Made by a program: the position numbers and the translations under genes. A stretch of 63,890 nt of DNA, counting the filler, from Octopus bimaculoides (lineage: Eukaryota), in the NCBI RefSeq assembly GCF_001194135.2. It is 9 parts of 8 records of this genome, joined end to end, with 100 filler letters (N's around TTAATTAATTAA, not from the genome) between each part and the next. Parts side by side here need not be neighbours in the genome. Positions count along the whole stretch, not along the records: positions 55,634 to 63,890 come from NC_068985.1; 8 more parts are not named here. One strand, 5' to 3'. This document shows positions 62,554 to 63,890 of this stretch, in pieces. The notes beneath the pieces were generated by a model. The model ran no database searches and was not told the origin of the DNA. It was given only the letters and a program-made list of their open reading frames with translations. Every line of letters begins with the position of its first letter. Position 1 is the first letter of the stretch.

Positions 62554-62697
62554 TATGTATACACACACACATATAAATCTGTGTTTGTATGTATGTATGT
62601 ATGTACATATATACATGTCTGTATGGATGTATTGATATACTTATATGATCGTGTGTGTGTATATATGTGTGTATGCATGTATACATGCATATATATG

Positions 62698-62748
<51 letters not shown>

Positions 62749-63068
62749 TCATAGAAAACCATGTAATCGTTACCAATATAGCAAGAGATTTCACCGCAAA
62801 AAAGTCTAAATTAGACTCCTTAGGGATCGTTCTCCTTAATATATAACTTACATATATAACTTAACATATAACTTACATATAGCAGCTGTGGTTTTTGCAA
62901 AAGCTCCCAGAGATAATAATTCCTATTGTAATTGAGGGTTATTTATAATTTATATTTTATAGTACAGTGTAGTACAATATTAGGTCTTAAGTCAGGCATA
63001 TCAATGTACAATTTACATTGATATGTGGTATTGATCTCCTATTCTTGACTTTTGTTTGTTCTCAAATG

Positions 63069-63159
63069 TATTCCCTGAAGACGTGTAAGGCAACTTATAT
63101 GTTTGACTTAAATTTGACAGTCAAATATAGCCTTATACAGAAATGTTGACATAGGAATA
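63069..63159 (+). ncRNA. Type I hammerhead ribozyme motif with long stem II
   Basis: Stem I TATTCC/GGAATA, CTGAAGA at 63075-63081, GTGTAAGGC/GCCTTATAC stem II, GAAA at 63140-63143. ATGTTGACAT (decayed ATGTCGACAT palindrome), AUA site at 63153. Confidence 0.75.
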
Positions 63160-63491
63160 AATTACAATAATAATGGATATTAACGTCAAATCTCTCACTT
63201 AAATTTAAATTTTAAACTTTGGATATATATATATATATATATATACACATACATGCTGTGTGGGACTGTGCATATGTATGTGCATGTGAGAATGTATGTG
63301 CGAGTATGTGTATGTGTTTGAGTCTGTGTGTGTGTCTGCCCCCCCCCCTGCCAGAGTGTATATACATGTGTGTGTATCTATGTGTATGTACATATTTGTG
63401 TGGATATGTACACATAGGTACCTCTCTCTCTCTGTCTATGCATACATATACAGTTGTGTATGGGTCTGCGTGTTTGTGTATGTATACCTAT

Positions 63492-63753
63492 TGTTATATG
63501 GACTGTTAGATATGTAATTCGTCTGACGTTCCGTGTGTCACTGTGGTTCGTCTGAGTTCATTGTTTCATTGTTGTTGTCTTGTGGGACTGTCGTAGTAAA
63601 ATGTCATTGAGATATATATGGCGGACATGACCTTTGTTTATTCATAACGAACATTGGGTGAGTGCGTTCTTTGTGTGTATTTGAATAATAAATGTAATAA
63701 TTAAATTGTACAACTCGTGTTATCTCTACGAGTCATCCGAGGGAAACATAACA
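63492..63753 (+). mobile_element. 5' LTR of a second LTR retrotransposon
   Basis: TGTTAT...ATAACA termini, AATAAA near 63686, PBS-like TGGCGTCGC at 63762-63770. Confidence 0.6.
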
Positions 63754-63819
63754 GAGTTTATTGGCGTCGCCGGTAGGATACATGCTTACTTTACCGTAAA
63801 ATTATTCATCGTAATAACA

Positions 63820-63890
63820 ATGGCTGAAAAACAGACAGTAGAACTTATTAAATTGTTTAGGGAACAAATGGAAAAGCAAATGCAACAACA
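63820..63890 (+). CDS. Start of probable gag ORF (runs off the window)
   Basis: ATG just after LTR and PBS. MAEKQTVELIKLFREQMEKQMQQ is open to the window end. Confidence 0.5.
   Translation, partial: MAEKQTVELIKLFREQMEKQMQQ

Overview
AT-rich, microsatellite-dense animal genomic DNA with about 4.5 kb of N gaps. The repeat content points to an octopus draft assembly, probably Octopus bimaculoides (inference, not verified). No host protein-coding gene could be identified with confidence; only weak exon candidates are reported. The window is a mosaic of decayed mobile elements: at least five modular SINE families, two DD36E Tc1 copies, mariner fragments, several MITE types, an L1/Tx1-like ORF1, an R4/Dong RT fragment, two Ty3/Gypsy LTR-element pieces and several Penelope-like element (PLE) remnants. 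The main signal outside standard annotation is five near-intact, sequence-unrelated minimal type I hammerhead ribozyme motifs (6063, 19754, 47609, 60204 on the minus strand, 63069), plus degenerate ones. One abuts a PLE RT ORF in antisense, and another has an inverted 60-bp copy starting exactly at its predicted cleavage site. A second lead is a Gypsy 5' LTR with no tRNA primer-binding site, followed by a 12-mer complementary to its own LTR, which may indicate self-priming. The TTAATTAATTAA islands and gap-flanking duplications are assembly artefacts.
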